A stretch of 64,000 bases of DNA from Mustelus asterias (Eukaryota), in the NCBI RefSeq assembly GCF_964213995.1, contig NC_135830.1, forward strand, positions 14,384,001 to 14,448,000, written 5' to 3'. Positions 51,208 to 63,750 of the stretch are shown here, piece after piece. The stretch's first letter is position 1. Every line of letters starts with the position of its first letter. The notes below the pieces were generated by a model, which was not told the DNA's origin, did not search any database, and saw only the letters and a list, made by a program, of their open reading frames with translations. Made by a program: the position numbers and the translations under genes.

Positions 51208-54200
51208 TTGGTGACAAGTGTGAGAGGGGAGGGGAGTGAAAAGTTAGAAGAGGGGTCACCTGTGGTTGTCCCACTCCAAAACAGGTATATTGTTTTAGAT
51301 AGTGTGGAGGAGTGTGCCTCTCCAGGGGTAAGACACAGTGACCAGGTCACTGGCACACAGTCAGGCTCTGTGGCCCGGAAAGGGAAGAGAGGGGTTAGGA
51401 GAGCGATAGTGGTGGGGGATGCATCAGTTAGAGGCACAGACAGGCGATTCTGTGGGGGCGAACGGGACTCCAGGATGGTAGTCTGCCTACCTGGTGCTGG
51501 GGTCACGGATGTCTCCGAGCGGATAGGAGGCATATTAAAAGGGGAAGATAAAGAAACGGATGTCATTATACACATTGGTGGAAATGACGTAGATAGGAAG
51601 AGTAGGGGGGTCCTAAGAGAGCAATTCAGGGAGTTGGGAAATAGGTTAAAAAGTAGGGTCACTAGGGTGGCCATCTCTGGGCTGCTCCCAATGCCTCGTG
51701 CCAGTGAGGCTAAGAATAGGGAGTTGATACAAACGAATGCCTGGCTAAAGGACTGGTCCAGGAGGGAGGGCTTCATTTTCATAGATCAATGGGAGGTTTT
51801 CAGGAGAGGATGGCACCTGTACAAGAGGGAGGGTTCACAACTAAGTTGGAAGGGCACAAATATCCTGGCTGGGAGCTTTGCTAGTGCAGTTCGGGGGGGG
51901 TTTAAACTAGTATGGCAGGGGGGTGGGGATCAAACTATTAGGTCTATAAGTGTGGTGGCTGGGGACGAGCTTGGGGCTGGGACAAGGATGGCAAAGAAGA
52001 AGAGCACTCTGGGGGAGGACGACCTCACTGAGCCTGGAGATCTGGAGTGCTTATACTTCAATGCAAGGAGCGTAGCAGGTAAGACAGACGAACTTGGGGC
52101 CTTAATGCGCACGAGGAATTTGGATGTGGCTGCGGTGACAGAGACTTGGTTGAAAGAGGGACAGGACTGGCAGCTGAATATTCCAGGGTACAAGTGTTTT
52201 TTGGCGAGACAGAGGAGGGGCCAAAAGAGGTGGGGGAGTAGCAGTATTAGTTGGAGAGCATATTACAGCGGTGCAGAGGGAGGACAATTCAGAGGAGTCA
52301 TGTAACGAGTCACTCTGGGTGGAGCTTAGAAACAGGAAAGGCGCAGTCACTATGTTGGGGGTGTACTACAGGCCCCCCAACAGCCCAAGGGAAGTGGAAG
52401 AATGGATATGTCAGGAGATACTGGATAGGTGCAGGAAATATAGGGTTGTTGTAGTGGGAGACTTCAATTTCCCTGGTATAGACTGGAAATCGCTGAGGGC
52501 AGGGACTCTGGATGGGGAGGAATTTGTAAAATGTGTACAGGAGGGTTCGTTGGAACAATATGTAGACAGCCCGACTAGAGAGGGGGCTATACTGGACCTG
52601 GTACTGGGGAATGAGCCCGGTCAGGTCTTCAAAGTTTTGGTTGGGGAACATGTGGCAAATAGTGACCACAATTCTGTTAGCTTTAGGATAGTGATGGAAA
52701 AGGATGAGTGGTGTCCCAAGGGTAAGGTGTTGGATTGGGGAAAGGCTAACTTTATTGGGATCAGGCAGAAATTGGCAGCTCTTGATTGGGAGAGGCTGTT
52801 TGAGGGTAAATCCACATCTGGTATGTGGCAGTCTTTTAAGGAACGGTTGTTAGGGCTACAGGACAAGCATGTGCCTGTAAAAAAGAAGGATAGGAAGGGT
52901 AGGATTAGAGAACCGTGGATAACCAGGGAAATTGAGGGACTGGTCAAAAGGAAAAGAGAGGCGTATGTTAGGTCCAAGCAGCTAAAAACGGAGGGAGCTC
53001 TGGAGGAGTATAATGAAAGTAGGAAAATACTCAAACGGGGAATTAGAAGAGCAAAAAGGGGTCACGAAATGTTCTTGGCAGACAGGATTAAGGAGAATCC
53101 CAAGGCATTTTATTCATACGTTAGGAACAAAAGGGTTGTTAGGGAAAAAATCGGACCTCTCAGGGACAAAAGTGGGGACTTATGTTTGGAGCCCAAAGAG
53201 GTAGGGGAGATCCTAAATGAATACTTTGCGTCGGTATTCACTAAGGAGAGGGATGTGTTGACTGGGAGTGTCTCGGAGGGGAGTGTTGAACCGTTGGAGA
53301 AAATCTCCATTACAAAGGAGGAAGTGTTAGGTTTGTTAGAGAATATAAAGACTGACAAATCCCCAGGGCCTGATGGAATCTATCCAAGGCTGCTCAGGGA
53401 GACGAGAGGTGAAATCGTTGGGCCTCTGACGCAAATCTTTGTCTCGTCACTGGACGCAGGTGAGGTCCCAGAGGATTGGAGGATAGCCAATGTGGTCCCG
53501 TTATTTAAGAAGGGTAGGAAGGATAACCCGGGTAATTATAGGCCGGTGAGCTTGACGTCCGTGGTGGGGAAGTTGTTGGAGAAGATTCTTAGAGATAGGA
53601 TGTATGCGCATTTAGAAAGGAATAAACTCATTAACGATAGTCAGCATGGTTTTGTGAGAGGGAGGTCATGCCTCACTAACCTGGTGGTGTTTTTTGAAGA
53701 AGTGACCAAAATGGTTGACGAAGGAAGGGCCGTGGATGTTGTCTATATGGACTTTAGTAAAGCGTTTGACAAAGTCCCTCATGGTAGGCTATTAAAAAAG
53801 GTTGGATCCCATGGGATAAAGGGGGAGGTGGCTAGATGGGTGGAGAACTGGCTTGGTCATAGAAGACAGAGGGTGGTAGTGGAAGGGTCTTTTTCCGGCT
53901 GGAGGCCTGTGACTAGTGGTGTACCGCAGGGCTCTGTATTGGGACCTCTGCTGTTTGTGATTTATATAAATGATCTGGAAGAAGGAGTAACTGGGGTGAT
54001 CAGTAAGTTTGCGGGCGACACAAAACTGGCAGGACTTGCAGATAGTGAGGAACATTGTCAGAGGCTACAGAAGGATATAGATAGGCTGGAAATTTGGGCA
54101 AGGAAATGGCAGATGGAGTTCAATCCTGATAAATGCGAAGTGATGCATTTTGGTGGGAATAATGTAGGGAGGAGCTACACGATAAATGGAAGAACCATAA

Positions 54201-55373
54201 AGGGTGTAGAGACGCAGAGGGACCTGGGTGTGCAAGTCCACAGATCTTTGAAGGTGACGTCACAGGTGGAGAAGGTGGTGAAGAAGGCATATGGCATGCT
54301 TGCCTTTATAGGACGGGGCATAGAGTATAAAAGTTGGGGTCTGATGTTGCAGATGTATAGAACGTTGGTTCGGCCGCATTTGGAATACTGCGTCCAGTTC
54401 TGGTCGCCACACTACCAGAAGGACGTGGAGGCTTTGGAGAGAGTACAGAGGAGGTTTACCAGGATGTTGCCTGGTATGGAGGGGCTTGGTTATGAGGAGA
54501 GATTGGGGAAACTGGGGTTGTTCTCCTTGGAAAGACGGAGGATGAGGGGAGACTTAATAGAGGTGTATAAAATTATGAAAGGCATAGATAGGGTGAACGG
54601 TGGGAAGCTTTTCCCCGGGTCGGTGGTGACGTTCACGAGGGGTCATAGGTTCAAGGTGAAGGGGGGGAGGTTTAACACAGATATCAGAAGGACATATTTC
54701 ACACAGAGGGTCGTGGGGGCCTGGAATGTGTTGCCGGGCAAGGTGGTGGAGGCGGACACACTGGGAACGTTTAAGACTTATCTAGACAGCCATATGAACG
54801 GAGTGGGAATGGAGGGATACAAAAGAGTGGTCTAGTTTGGACCAGGGAGCGGCGCGGGCTAATTGTTCCTGGTTTCTCGTTTCAAGGCTTCATTCTATGA
54901 TCATCTTGCTGGTGCCAGTACAGAGTGAGACTGCGGATAGTTGGGAACCTGTCTCGGGGGCAGGGAATTCATATGGTGTTCGTGGAAGTGGAAATGACTA
55001 GGGTTGGGAAGCATTTTCCGATCGGGGCCAATGTGATCTCCTGGACTCGTTTCGATCGCCTCGGGGGGTCGGAGAGGAATTTCCCAGATTTTTTTTCCCC
55101 ATATTGGCCCTGGGGTTTTTCACTCTGGGTTTTCGCCTCTCCCTGGAGATCACATGGTCTGGAATGGGGGGGTGGGGGTAAGTTAATAGGTTGTAATGAA
55201 CAAAGCATCGGAGCTGTGAGGGACAGCTCGGTGGATAGGATATTGGTATGTAGATAGGCTGGAAAATTGGGCGGGGATCCTGGATTCAGGATTCAATCCT
55301 GGACCGGGGAGCGGCGCGGGCTTGGAGGGCCGAAGGGCCTGTTCCTGTGCTGTATTGTTCTTTGTTCTTTGTT
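51208..55373 (+). mobile_element. Near-full-length CR1 LINE: ORF1 (SGNH/esterase-like) and ORF2 (APE endonuclease + RT)
   Basis: ORF1 IVVGDASVRG...CLPGA...HIGGNDV; ORF2 [40 protein letters not shown]; 854-aa open frame 52271-54835; one-base frameshift in T-run at 52197-52202; (GTTCTTT)n tail. Confidence 0.95.
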
Positions 55374-55374
55374 T

Positions 55375-55840
55375 GTAAGTGCATCCCAGGACATTGTGGG
55401 AAGCGAGGGAAACAATTGTGGTGCCCCCTAGCGTATATATTTGTATCATCAACAACCACGGGTGAGGTGCCAGAAGACTGGAGAGAGGCAAATGTTACAC
55501 TGTTATTTGAGAAAGGCAGCAGGGAAAAGCCAGGGAACTACAGACTGGTGATCCTAATGTCAGGGTGGGTAAGTTGTTGGACGGTAGTCTGAGAGACAGG
55601 ATCTACATGTATTTGGAAAGGCAAAGGCTGATTACGGATTGTCAGCATCGCTTTGTGCGTGGGAAATTGTGTCTTAAAAATTTAACAGAGCTTTTTGAAA
55701 GGGTGACCAAAAAAAAATAGATGAGGACGGTGCAGTAGATGTTGTCTACATGGACTTCAGCAAGGCCTTCGACAAGGTACCTATGGTAGACTGGCCAGTT
55801 AAGGTTAGACCACATGGGATCCATGGAGAACTAGCCAGAC
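55375..55840 (+). mobile_element. Older CR1 RT fragment
   Basis: EVPEDWREANV...PGNYR, YMDFSKAFDKV. Confidence 0.8.
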
Positions 55841-56009
55841 TTGTGAATGGGCCTACCTTGCACTAAATTGATCTTTCTCTACACCCAAGCTATGACTGTA
55901 ACACTACATCCTGCACTCTCTCATTTCCTTCTCTATGAACAGTATGCTTTGTCTGTACAGTGTGCAAGAAACAATACTTTTCACTGTATACTAATTCATA
56001 TGACAATAA

Positions 56010-56891
56010 TGTAAGGGACTGAGGACAATTTGTGGGGAAGACATTTACCAGTGTTCTTTGTCCCTTGTGGGTTTCAGTGTCCTGTTTGCCGGGCGGGTGC
56101 TGTGAACAGGATGCTGTTGGTTGAGTGATGTGGGCTGGGCCAATGGGATTGCTCTGGGGGCGGGAGGAAAAAAAGGCGCCAGGAAGTGAAGCAGCTGCAG
56201 AGCTGAGGAGGGAGTGTGCAGAAGAGGGACAGCCACGTTTTTGGAGAGAAGCTTTTCGGAGGCAGTAAAAACTCAGTTCGAAGTGAACCTTTCTCAGGTA
56301 GAACTGCTTGGTTTTTCATGACTGCCGAGGAGGACAGCCTTCAGCGCACGGGATCTGTGTTACTACACAGATGGCTCGCGGCACCTCTGCCTCGTGTGCT
56401 TGCTCCATCATCTTCCCTCTCATAGACCCGTCTGGACTATGTGTGTCTCGGGGTTAAGTGAGTACTATCAGACAGGAACGGTAACAGAATGTGGTTTCCT
56501 TCCGATGTGCACCAACGGATGGGCCCCAACGTTTAAAATTCAAAGTGCTTGGTGATATTCTAATCATTTCTCAGCTTGAAACTGTTATTTGGAAAATCTT
56601 CAGTTGGGATTCTTTACTTGTTTATATCTGCTAATTATATTTGTTATTAAATTTTTTTGTTATTCCGTTTACCTTGTTGTTCCGAACCTTTTCTCATTAT
56701 AAGGTTTATCTCAATAACATTTTTGGAGGCACCGCGCTAAACATACTCAAATCCTTTTCATGCAAGCCTGTACTGGCCTTTATGGGTAAACAGGAAATTT
56801 AGCCAGCTCACCATCAACTGCTAGGAATTCAGGATCCTGTCAATCGAACAGTTAAATAGTAGCCCCATATCGTGATCAGCAGGGGGTTACA
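56010..56891. mobile_element. Solo LTR (882 bp) with 4-bp target-site duplication
   Basis: Ends TGTAA...TTACA, flanked by ATAA (56006-56009 and 56892-56895); interrupts a tgacaataataaatcaaatc repeat tail. Confidence 0.8.
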
Positions 56892-57435
56892 ATAATAAAT
56901 CAAATCAAAAATTGAATACAAAATTGGCTTGCTGGTCGGAGACAGAGGGTGGTGGTCGAGGGTTGCTTTTCAAACTGGAATTAGAGCTGGAGATGGATGG
57001 TCAGTTCCCCTGTGTCTGGGGCTGGGGAATTCACACTCATTTCCCCAGGGCACTCATTATCACTGCAATTTTACAGGAGAAAGTCCCCACTTCAATCCTG
57101 CCTGCAAACTTTGTGTTTCAAATTGTTACTGAGGAGGAATTAACAGTGAGTTTAGTTTCATGTTGAACAGGATGAGAGTTACTGTTGTCTCCTTCTTAAA
57201 ACTCCTTCTTCATCTTTAAACAGGTAACGGTAAGTCAGAGAAAACTATCCACAGTGACCCCAAAACTAGACACTGCAAATCTGACCTCAAAACAGTGAAT
57301 ATCTTCCCAAACTCAAAGCAGGTGAACAGCCCCTCCCCAATGTGAACTTGGTATACAGTGAGTTGAAATGATCCCCTGAACCCAGTCTCTCATCAGTGTG
57401 AAAACATTGATGAGACATTAGTAATCCACAATTTT

Positions 57436-57740
57436 GGGTGACACGGTGACACAATGGTTAGCACTGCTGCCACATAGCGCCAGGGATCTGGGTTCAATTC
57501 TGCCCTCGTGTCACTGTCTGTGTGGAGTTTGCACATTCTCCCCATCTGCATGGGTTTCCTCTGGGTGCTCCAGTTTCCTCCCACAGTCCAAAGATTTGCA
57601 GGTTTGTTTGATTGGCCATGCTAAATTGACCCGAGTGTCAGGGCTAAATATGTGGGGTTACGGGAATAGGGCCTGGGAGGGATTGTGATTGGTGCAGACT
57701 CAATGGGCCGAATGGCCTCCTTCTGCAATGTAGGGATTCT
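57436..57740 (+). mobile_element. HE1-like SINE
   Basis: Head, core and tail. Confidence 0.85.
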
Positions 57741-57821
57741 ATAAAACTTTTATAGCAGCTCCCACAGTCTGGGCATTTTTAAGATCTCTCCTGTTTGCCA
57801 GGTGCGTGAGTGAATCCCTTC

Positions 57822-58495
57822 TGTTAGGGTCCTGGACCCGGAGCCCCTAAATTACATTCGGAAGCCAGGCGAGACCCCAGCAATTTTTTTATTTCGGCAT
57901 AAATGTGAGGATAGGATGCTTCTGACGAGGAGAAATTCCACTGACAAATTAGGGATATTTCATAGTAAAGCTAACTTTATTTAATATTACAGTTTAAATA
58001 TAACTCTAACAAATGAATCAGCTTAATCATTAACAGTTGAACAACATTTAAAAATGCAAAGAAACAATCTTAATTTCTAACTTATCACTATTTCAGTTCC
58101 AAATGAGCAACATTACTCTTATAGTTGTAAGTGCCACCTTAAATATAGTTAGTAACCATAAATATAGTTGAGTGTAGATAGTCTTAACGCTTTCAGAAAG
58201 ACAACAAGTCTCAGAGCAGCTTGTAGAAACCCTCTATCTTCAAACGATCAGAACTGCAAAAGCTTCTTTCTCCCTGCAAACACCCACTATCACATGACCT
58301 GTCAATCAAATCTAGAAATCCCAGAGGAATGTCTTGTTTAAACAAAAGCCCATCAGCTCTATCAAAGTAACTGATTCCCAGCTTTCACAACCCTTGAGAG
58401 ACACAGACACACCAGATACCTGCAGAATAAAGCTGGATTTTTAAACATTCCCCCTCAGCAGAAAAACATACACCCACTGCAATACTATCATCACG
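57822..58495. mobile_element. Solo LTR (674 bp) inserted in a zinc-finger relic
   Basis: TGT...ACG ends (CA changed to CG) flanked by CTTC (57818-57821 and 58496-58499); removing it restores tgaatcccttctcacac. Confidence 0.65.
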
Positions 58496-58869
58496 CTTCT
58501 CACACTTGAAGCAGATAAATGACCTCTCCCCAGTTTAAACCCACTGGTGTCTAACAAGCTGAGAAGACTGAATGATCCCTTGCCTTACTCAGAGCAGGTA
58601 AAGGGCATTTCCCCAGTGTGGTTTCCAGCTCTGACGGTTAATTGAATATCTCTTTATACTCTCCACATTTCCATGGTTTCTGCCTAATGTGACTGGTTAT
58701 CAATGATGCTGATTTCTTCCATGTTCAAAACTTTCTACTTTTCAGGTTATGATAAATTCTGTGGCTACATCCAATCCTGATCTGATGTTTTGTGAGAGTT
58801 TCCTGGCCACAAATCCTCTAAGACCGACTATATTAACATTATCTCAGGATTACTACCAGTGCCATGTAC

Positions 58870-60730
58870 TATTCAGAGTCGAAACAGCAGGATATATTGG
58901 GTGAATACCTGGCTGAAAAGATGATGTGAGAGGCAGGGTTTCAGATTCCTGGGACATTGCGACTGGTTCTGGGGAAGGTGGGACCAGTACAAACTGGACA
59001 GGGCCAGGACTGATGTCCCTGGGGGGGTTGGGGGTGTACTTGTTGAGTCATTGGGAAGGTTTAAACTAAAATGGCAGGGAGATGGAAACCTATGTAAGGA
59101 TTCAGAGCAGAGGGTATCAAGAACAAGAGAAAAAGACAGCAAGAAGAATAAGAAAAGTGATAGGCAGAGAATTGAGAGCCAGAATCAGATACGGACACAG
59201 TAAAAAATGGTAGGAACTGGACAACAAATGTTAAAAGGACTAGCCTGAAGGTTTTGTACATGAACGCTTGGAGCATTCAAAATAAAATGGATGAATTTGT
59301 TGCACAGTTAGATGTAAAGGGGTATAATACAGTTGGGACTACAGAGACATAGCTCCAAGGTGACCAAGGATGGGAACTAAACATTGAGGGCTATTCAGTG
59401 TTTAGGAAGGACAGACATAAACAAAAACATGGTGGAGTTGCATTGTTAATTAAGGATGATATGTGGAATATGTATGGGTCAAGTTAAGCCACACCAAGGG
59501 GCAAAAAACATTTGTGGGTGTGGTATACAGACTACCAAATTAATGGTAATGTTAGGAAAAGCATTAGACAGGAAATCAGAGATGCATGTGTTAAATAAAT
59601 ATCTGTGATTATAGGTGACTTTAATCTGCATACAGATTGGGTGATCAAATTAATCACATTACAATAGAGGAGGAATTTTTGGAGTGGTCTTCTGGCCCAA
59701 TACTTTTGAGGAGCTAAGGGAGCATGCCATCTTGAACTGGGTATTGTGCAATGAGAAAGGATTGACAATCTAGTTGTGAGAGAACCCTTGGGGATGAGCG
59801 ACCATAATATGATAGAATTCTTTGTCAAAGTGGATAATGATGTAGTTGATTCTGACACCAGAGTCCTGAATTTCAGTAAAGGTAACTATAATGGATTGAG
59901 GCATGAATTGGCTATGATGGACTGGGAAACATGACTGAAAGGAAGGACAGTGGACAGACAATGTTAAAGTTTATTAGTCACAAGTAAGGCTGACATTAAC
60001 ACTGCAATGAAGTTACTGTGAAATTCCCCTCGTCGCCACAGTCCGGCGCCTGTTCGGGTCAATGCATCTAACAACACGTCTTTCAGAATTTGGGAGGAAA
60101 CCGGAGCACCCGGAGGAAACCCACGCGGACACGGGGAGAACATGCAAACTCCACAGAGACAGTGACCCAAGCCAGGAATCGAACCCGGCAGCATTGCGAA
60201 CCACTATGCCACTGTGCCACCCACGGTAGGCATTTAAGGAACAAGTAGGTGAACATAAAGTTGTTTACTCCTATTTGGCACAAGAGTGGAAAAGGAACTG
60301 TAGCCAAACCATTGCTTCCAAGGGAAATTAGAGAGAGCATTAGATTCCAAGAAGAAGCATAAAAATTGGCAAGAAAAAGCAAAAGACCTGAGGATTGGGA
60401 GCAGTTTACAATACAGCAAAGGAGGACCAAGGAATTGATTCAGAAGGAGAAATTAGAATATGAAAGTAAGCTAGTGGGGAACATAAAAACTGAGTGTAAA
60501 AGGTTCTATAGGTATGTAAAGAGAAAAAGGTTGACAAAACGAATGTAGGCCCTTTACAGTCAGAAACAGGAGAATTCATAACGGGGAATAAAGAAGTGGC
60601 TGAGGAACTAAATTCGTACTTTGCTTCTGAATTCACAAAAGAATATCCCATGATTCAAAAAGGGAGGAAGCGAGAAAATGGGGAACTATAGACTACTGAG
60701 CCTAATGTAGGTAGTAGGGAAGTTGCTAGG
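58870..60730 (+). mobile_element. Degenerate CR1 (ORF1 end, endonuclease, linker) with SINE at 59965-60222 (-)
   Basis: ORF1/ORF2 junction ggtttaaactaaaatggcaggg, YMNAW, GDFN, SDHN relics. Confidence 0.8.
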
Positions 60731-61378
60731 GTCAGCATAACCAAAGTCTTATACAGCTGCAACATGTTTTCCCAATTCTTATACCTCAGCGTCTCGACCG
60801 ATTTAAGACCAGCATGCGATTCGCCCTCTTGACCACTTTGTCCACCTGAGTTGCCACGTTCAGGGTACTGTGGATCTGCACACTTAAATCCCTCTGTGCG
60901 CCAACATTTCTAAGGACTCTAGCATTTACTGTATACTTTCCTTCAGCAGTAGACCTTCCAAATTACATCACCTCACGTTTGTCTGTGTTAAATTCCATCT
61001 AGTAAGAAGTCTCACAACACCAGGTTAAAGTCCAACAGGTTTATTTGGTAGCAAAAGCCATAAGCTTTCGGAGCACTGCTCCTCGAAGGATTTCAGGAAG
61101 GAAGTAGATTTGGCTCTTGGGGCTAAAGGTATCAAGGGATATGGATGAGGAGGGGTGGGGGAGAAGAGGCAGGATCAGGATATTGATTTTGATGATCAGC
61201 CATGATAATAATGAATGGTGGAGCAGGCTTGAAGGGCCGAATGGCCTATTCCTGATTCTATTTTCTATGCATGTTTCTATGTAACAGAGTTGGGGTTATT
61301 TTTCAATTCAGCAGAAATAGACTGAAATGAATGTGGTTCAGTCTGAATATGAAAAACAGCAAAATCCAATCACAATAA

Positions 61379-62086
61379 TTACTTATGAATTCGCTGGTGT
61401 GTCAGCAGAGTGGACGACTGACTGAATCCCTTCCCACACACACAGCAGATGAATGGCTTCTCTCCAGTGTGAATTCGTTGGTGTCTCAGCAGATTGGCTG
61501 AGTGAGTAAATCCCTTCCCACACTGGGAACAGACGAATGGCCTCTCCCCAGTGTGAACTCGCTGGTGTTTTGCTAGGTTGGATGACTCCTTGAATTTCTT
61601 CCCACACACAGAGCAGGTGAATGGTCTGGCCTCAGTGTGAATTCGCCGGTGTTTTGCTAGGTTGGCTGACTGACTGAATCTCTTCCCACACTGGGAGCAA
61701 GTGAACGGCCTCTCCCCAGTGTGAACTCGCTTGTGTAATGCTAGGTTGAATGACTGATTGAATCCCTTCCCGCACACACAGCAGCTGAATGGTCTCTCCT
61801 TAGTGTGAATCCTTTGGTGTATACGCAAGCTGGATGACTGAATGAATCCCCTCCCGCATCGGGAGCAGGTGAATGGCCTCTCCCCAGTGTGACGGCGTCG
61901 ATGAGTTTCCAGCTGCGATGGGTATTTGAATCCCTTCCCACAGTCCTCACATTGCCATGCCATCTCCTTGTTGTGACTGTAATTATGTTCCGAAAGGCTG
62001 GATGATTGGTTGAAGTCTTGTCCACACACACAACACGTGTACAGTTTCTCTCCACTGTGGATGGCGCTGTTTTCTTCTAGATTCAA
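61379..62086 (-). CDS. C2H2 zinc-finger protein, 8 fingers (paralog of the 7781 gene)
   Basis: 235-aa open frame, first ATG 61963; upstream 62100-64000 collinear with 8760-9860. Confidence 0.88.
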   Translation of the reverse strand: MNLEENSAIHSGEKLYTCCVCGQDFNQSSSLSEHNYSHNKEMAWQCEDCGKGFKYPSQLETHRRRHTGERPFTCSRCGRGFIQSSSLRIHQRIHTKERPFSCCVCGKGFNQSFNLALHKRVHTGERPFTCSQCGKRFSQSANLAKHRRIHTEARPFTCSVCGKKFKESSNLAKHQRVHTGERPFVCSQCGKGFTHSANLLRHQRIHTGEKPFICCVCGKGFSQSSTLLTHQRIHK

Positions 62087-63200
62087 AACACAATGATATT
62101 CAGGTTACAATAACTTGGCCGACTCCATCAGGTTCTGATACCACGTTTGGTTTGCGTTTCCCCACTGCAAATCCTCCTCTTCTAAATCAAACTGATTTAA
62201 AACAGCAAAAAGGGAGTGAGAGAGAACCCACAAAAACACAAAGGCAAGTTGTGAAATTGAGCTGAATGAATCTGGTATTTTGTGGGACCGGAGTGAGGAA
62301 AAGGTAAACATAAAAGCTGCTGAATTGTCATAAAAACCCAACTGAGTCACTAAGGTCCTTCAGGGAAGGGTATGTGCCACCTGGTCTGGGTCTACACAAG
62401 AATCTGGGCACTGTGTGAGGTGACAGAGAGAAGTGAGAGAGGCAGTGGCGAAGAAGAGGGATTTCAAACATCTATAACTCGACGGGAACTTTGACAGAAT
62501 CTCCCAAACTCTCAATCTCCATCACCTATAAGGACCAAGGTAGCAGGTAGATGTGAACACCATCACCTCCAAGTTCGCTTTTAACTCACACACCACCCTG
62601 ACTTGTCTGACATCCAGTACTAAAAGAACAGAAAATTCTTCCATATAAATACTGGGAAGACTGAACCCATTGAGTTCAGTTCCCACTACAAATTCCACTC
62701 TCTCACCACCAAATCTACCCCTCTTCCTAGCAACTGTCTTGGGGTGAAATATTTCACCCCAAGATGAGCTTCCAGCCACATATCATCATCATCAAGACTG
62801 CCTATTTGTGACATGAAACTCAGGAGAATGAGGATATAGAGGGAGAATGGAACTGACTGAATTGCTCTGCAGAGAGTTGCCATGGATTTGAGTTGCCAAA
62901 TGGATTCCTTCTATGCTGTAATTTTGCATGACTGTAACACTACATACTCTACCTCTCCTTTCCTTTTCTATGTACAGTATGCTTTGCCTGTATAGCACGC
63001 AAAAAACAATACTTTTCATTATACACTAATCCAAGAATAGAATCCCTACAGTGCAGAAGGAGGCCATTCGGCCACCGAGTCTGTACCAACCACAATCCCA
63101 CCCAGGCCCTATTCCCACAACCCCACACATTTACCCTGCTAATCCCCCGACACTATGGTCAATTTATTATGGTCAATCAACCTAACCCACACATCTTTGG

Positions 63201-63750
63201 AACCAAAAGAGAAAATGCTGGAAAATCTCGGCAGGTCTGGCAGCATCTGTAAGGAGAGAAAAGAGCTGACATTTCGAGCCCAGATGACACTTTGTCAAAG
63301 CTAAAAAGCATAGAAAGTGGGAGATATTTATACGCAGGGTGAGGGAATGAAAGATGAGTCATAGCCACAGAAACTCCTTTGCTTCCCCTTTCCCTAAATA
63401 TTACCTCTCTCCCACCCATTCTTCCCCCCCGTCCCCCCACATCTTCATCTGTCACAGCTTACCCTCTGATTTCAGCTTCTCTGCCATTAGGCCAGTCACA
63501 CCCTTTATTCTCTCTATGGACTGCCATTAGCAGCCTTTTCCCCTGGTTTCTGTGGCTACGACTCATCTTTCAGTCCCTCACCCTGCAGCATAAATATCTC
63601 CCACTTTCTATGCCTTTTAGCTTTGACAAAGGGTCATCTGGACTCGAACCGTCAGCTCTTTTCTCTCCTTACAGATGCTGCCAGACCTTTTGAGATGTTC
63701 CAGCATTTTCTCTTTTGGTTTCAGATTCCAGCATCTGCAGTTTAGCTTTT
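63201..63750. mobile_element. Penelope-like inverted terminal repeat structure
   Basis: 63201-63374 is the reverse complement of ~63546-63722. Confidence 0.7.

Noticed and set aside
818-60222. tRNA genes, and cryptic RSS from CACAGTG in SINE heads or CACACTG in HTGE linkers
   Set aside because: A/B boxes belong to SINEs with no full cloverleaf; no nonamer at 12 or 23 bp in the copies checked
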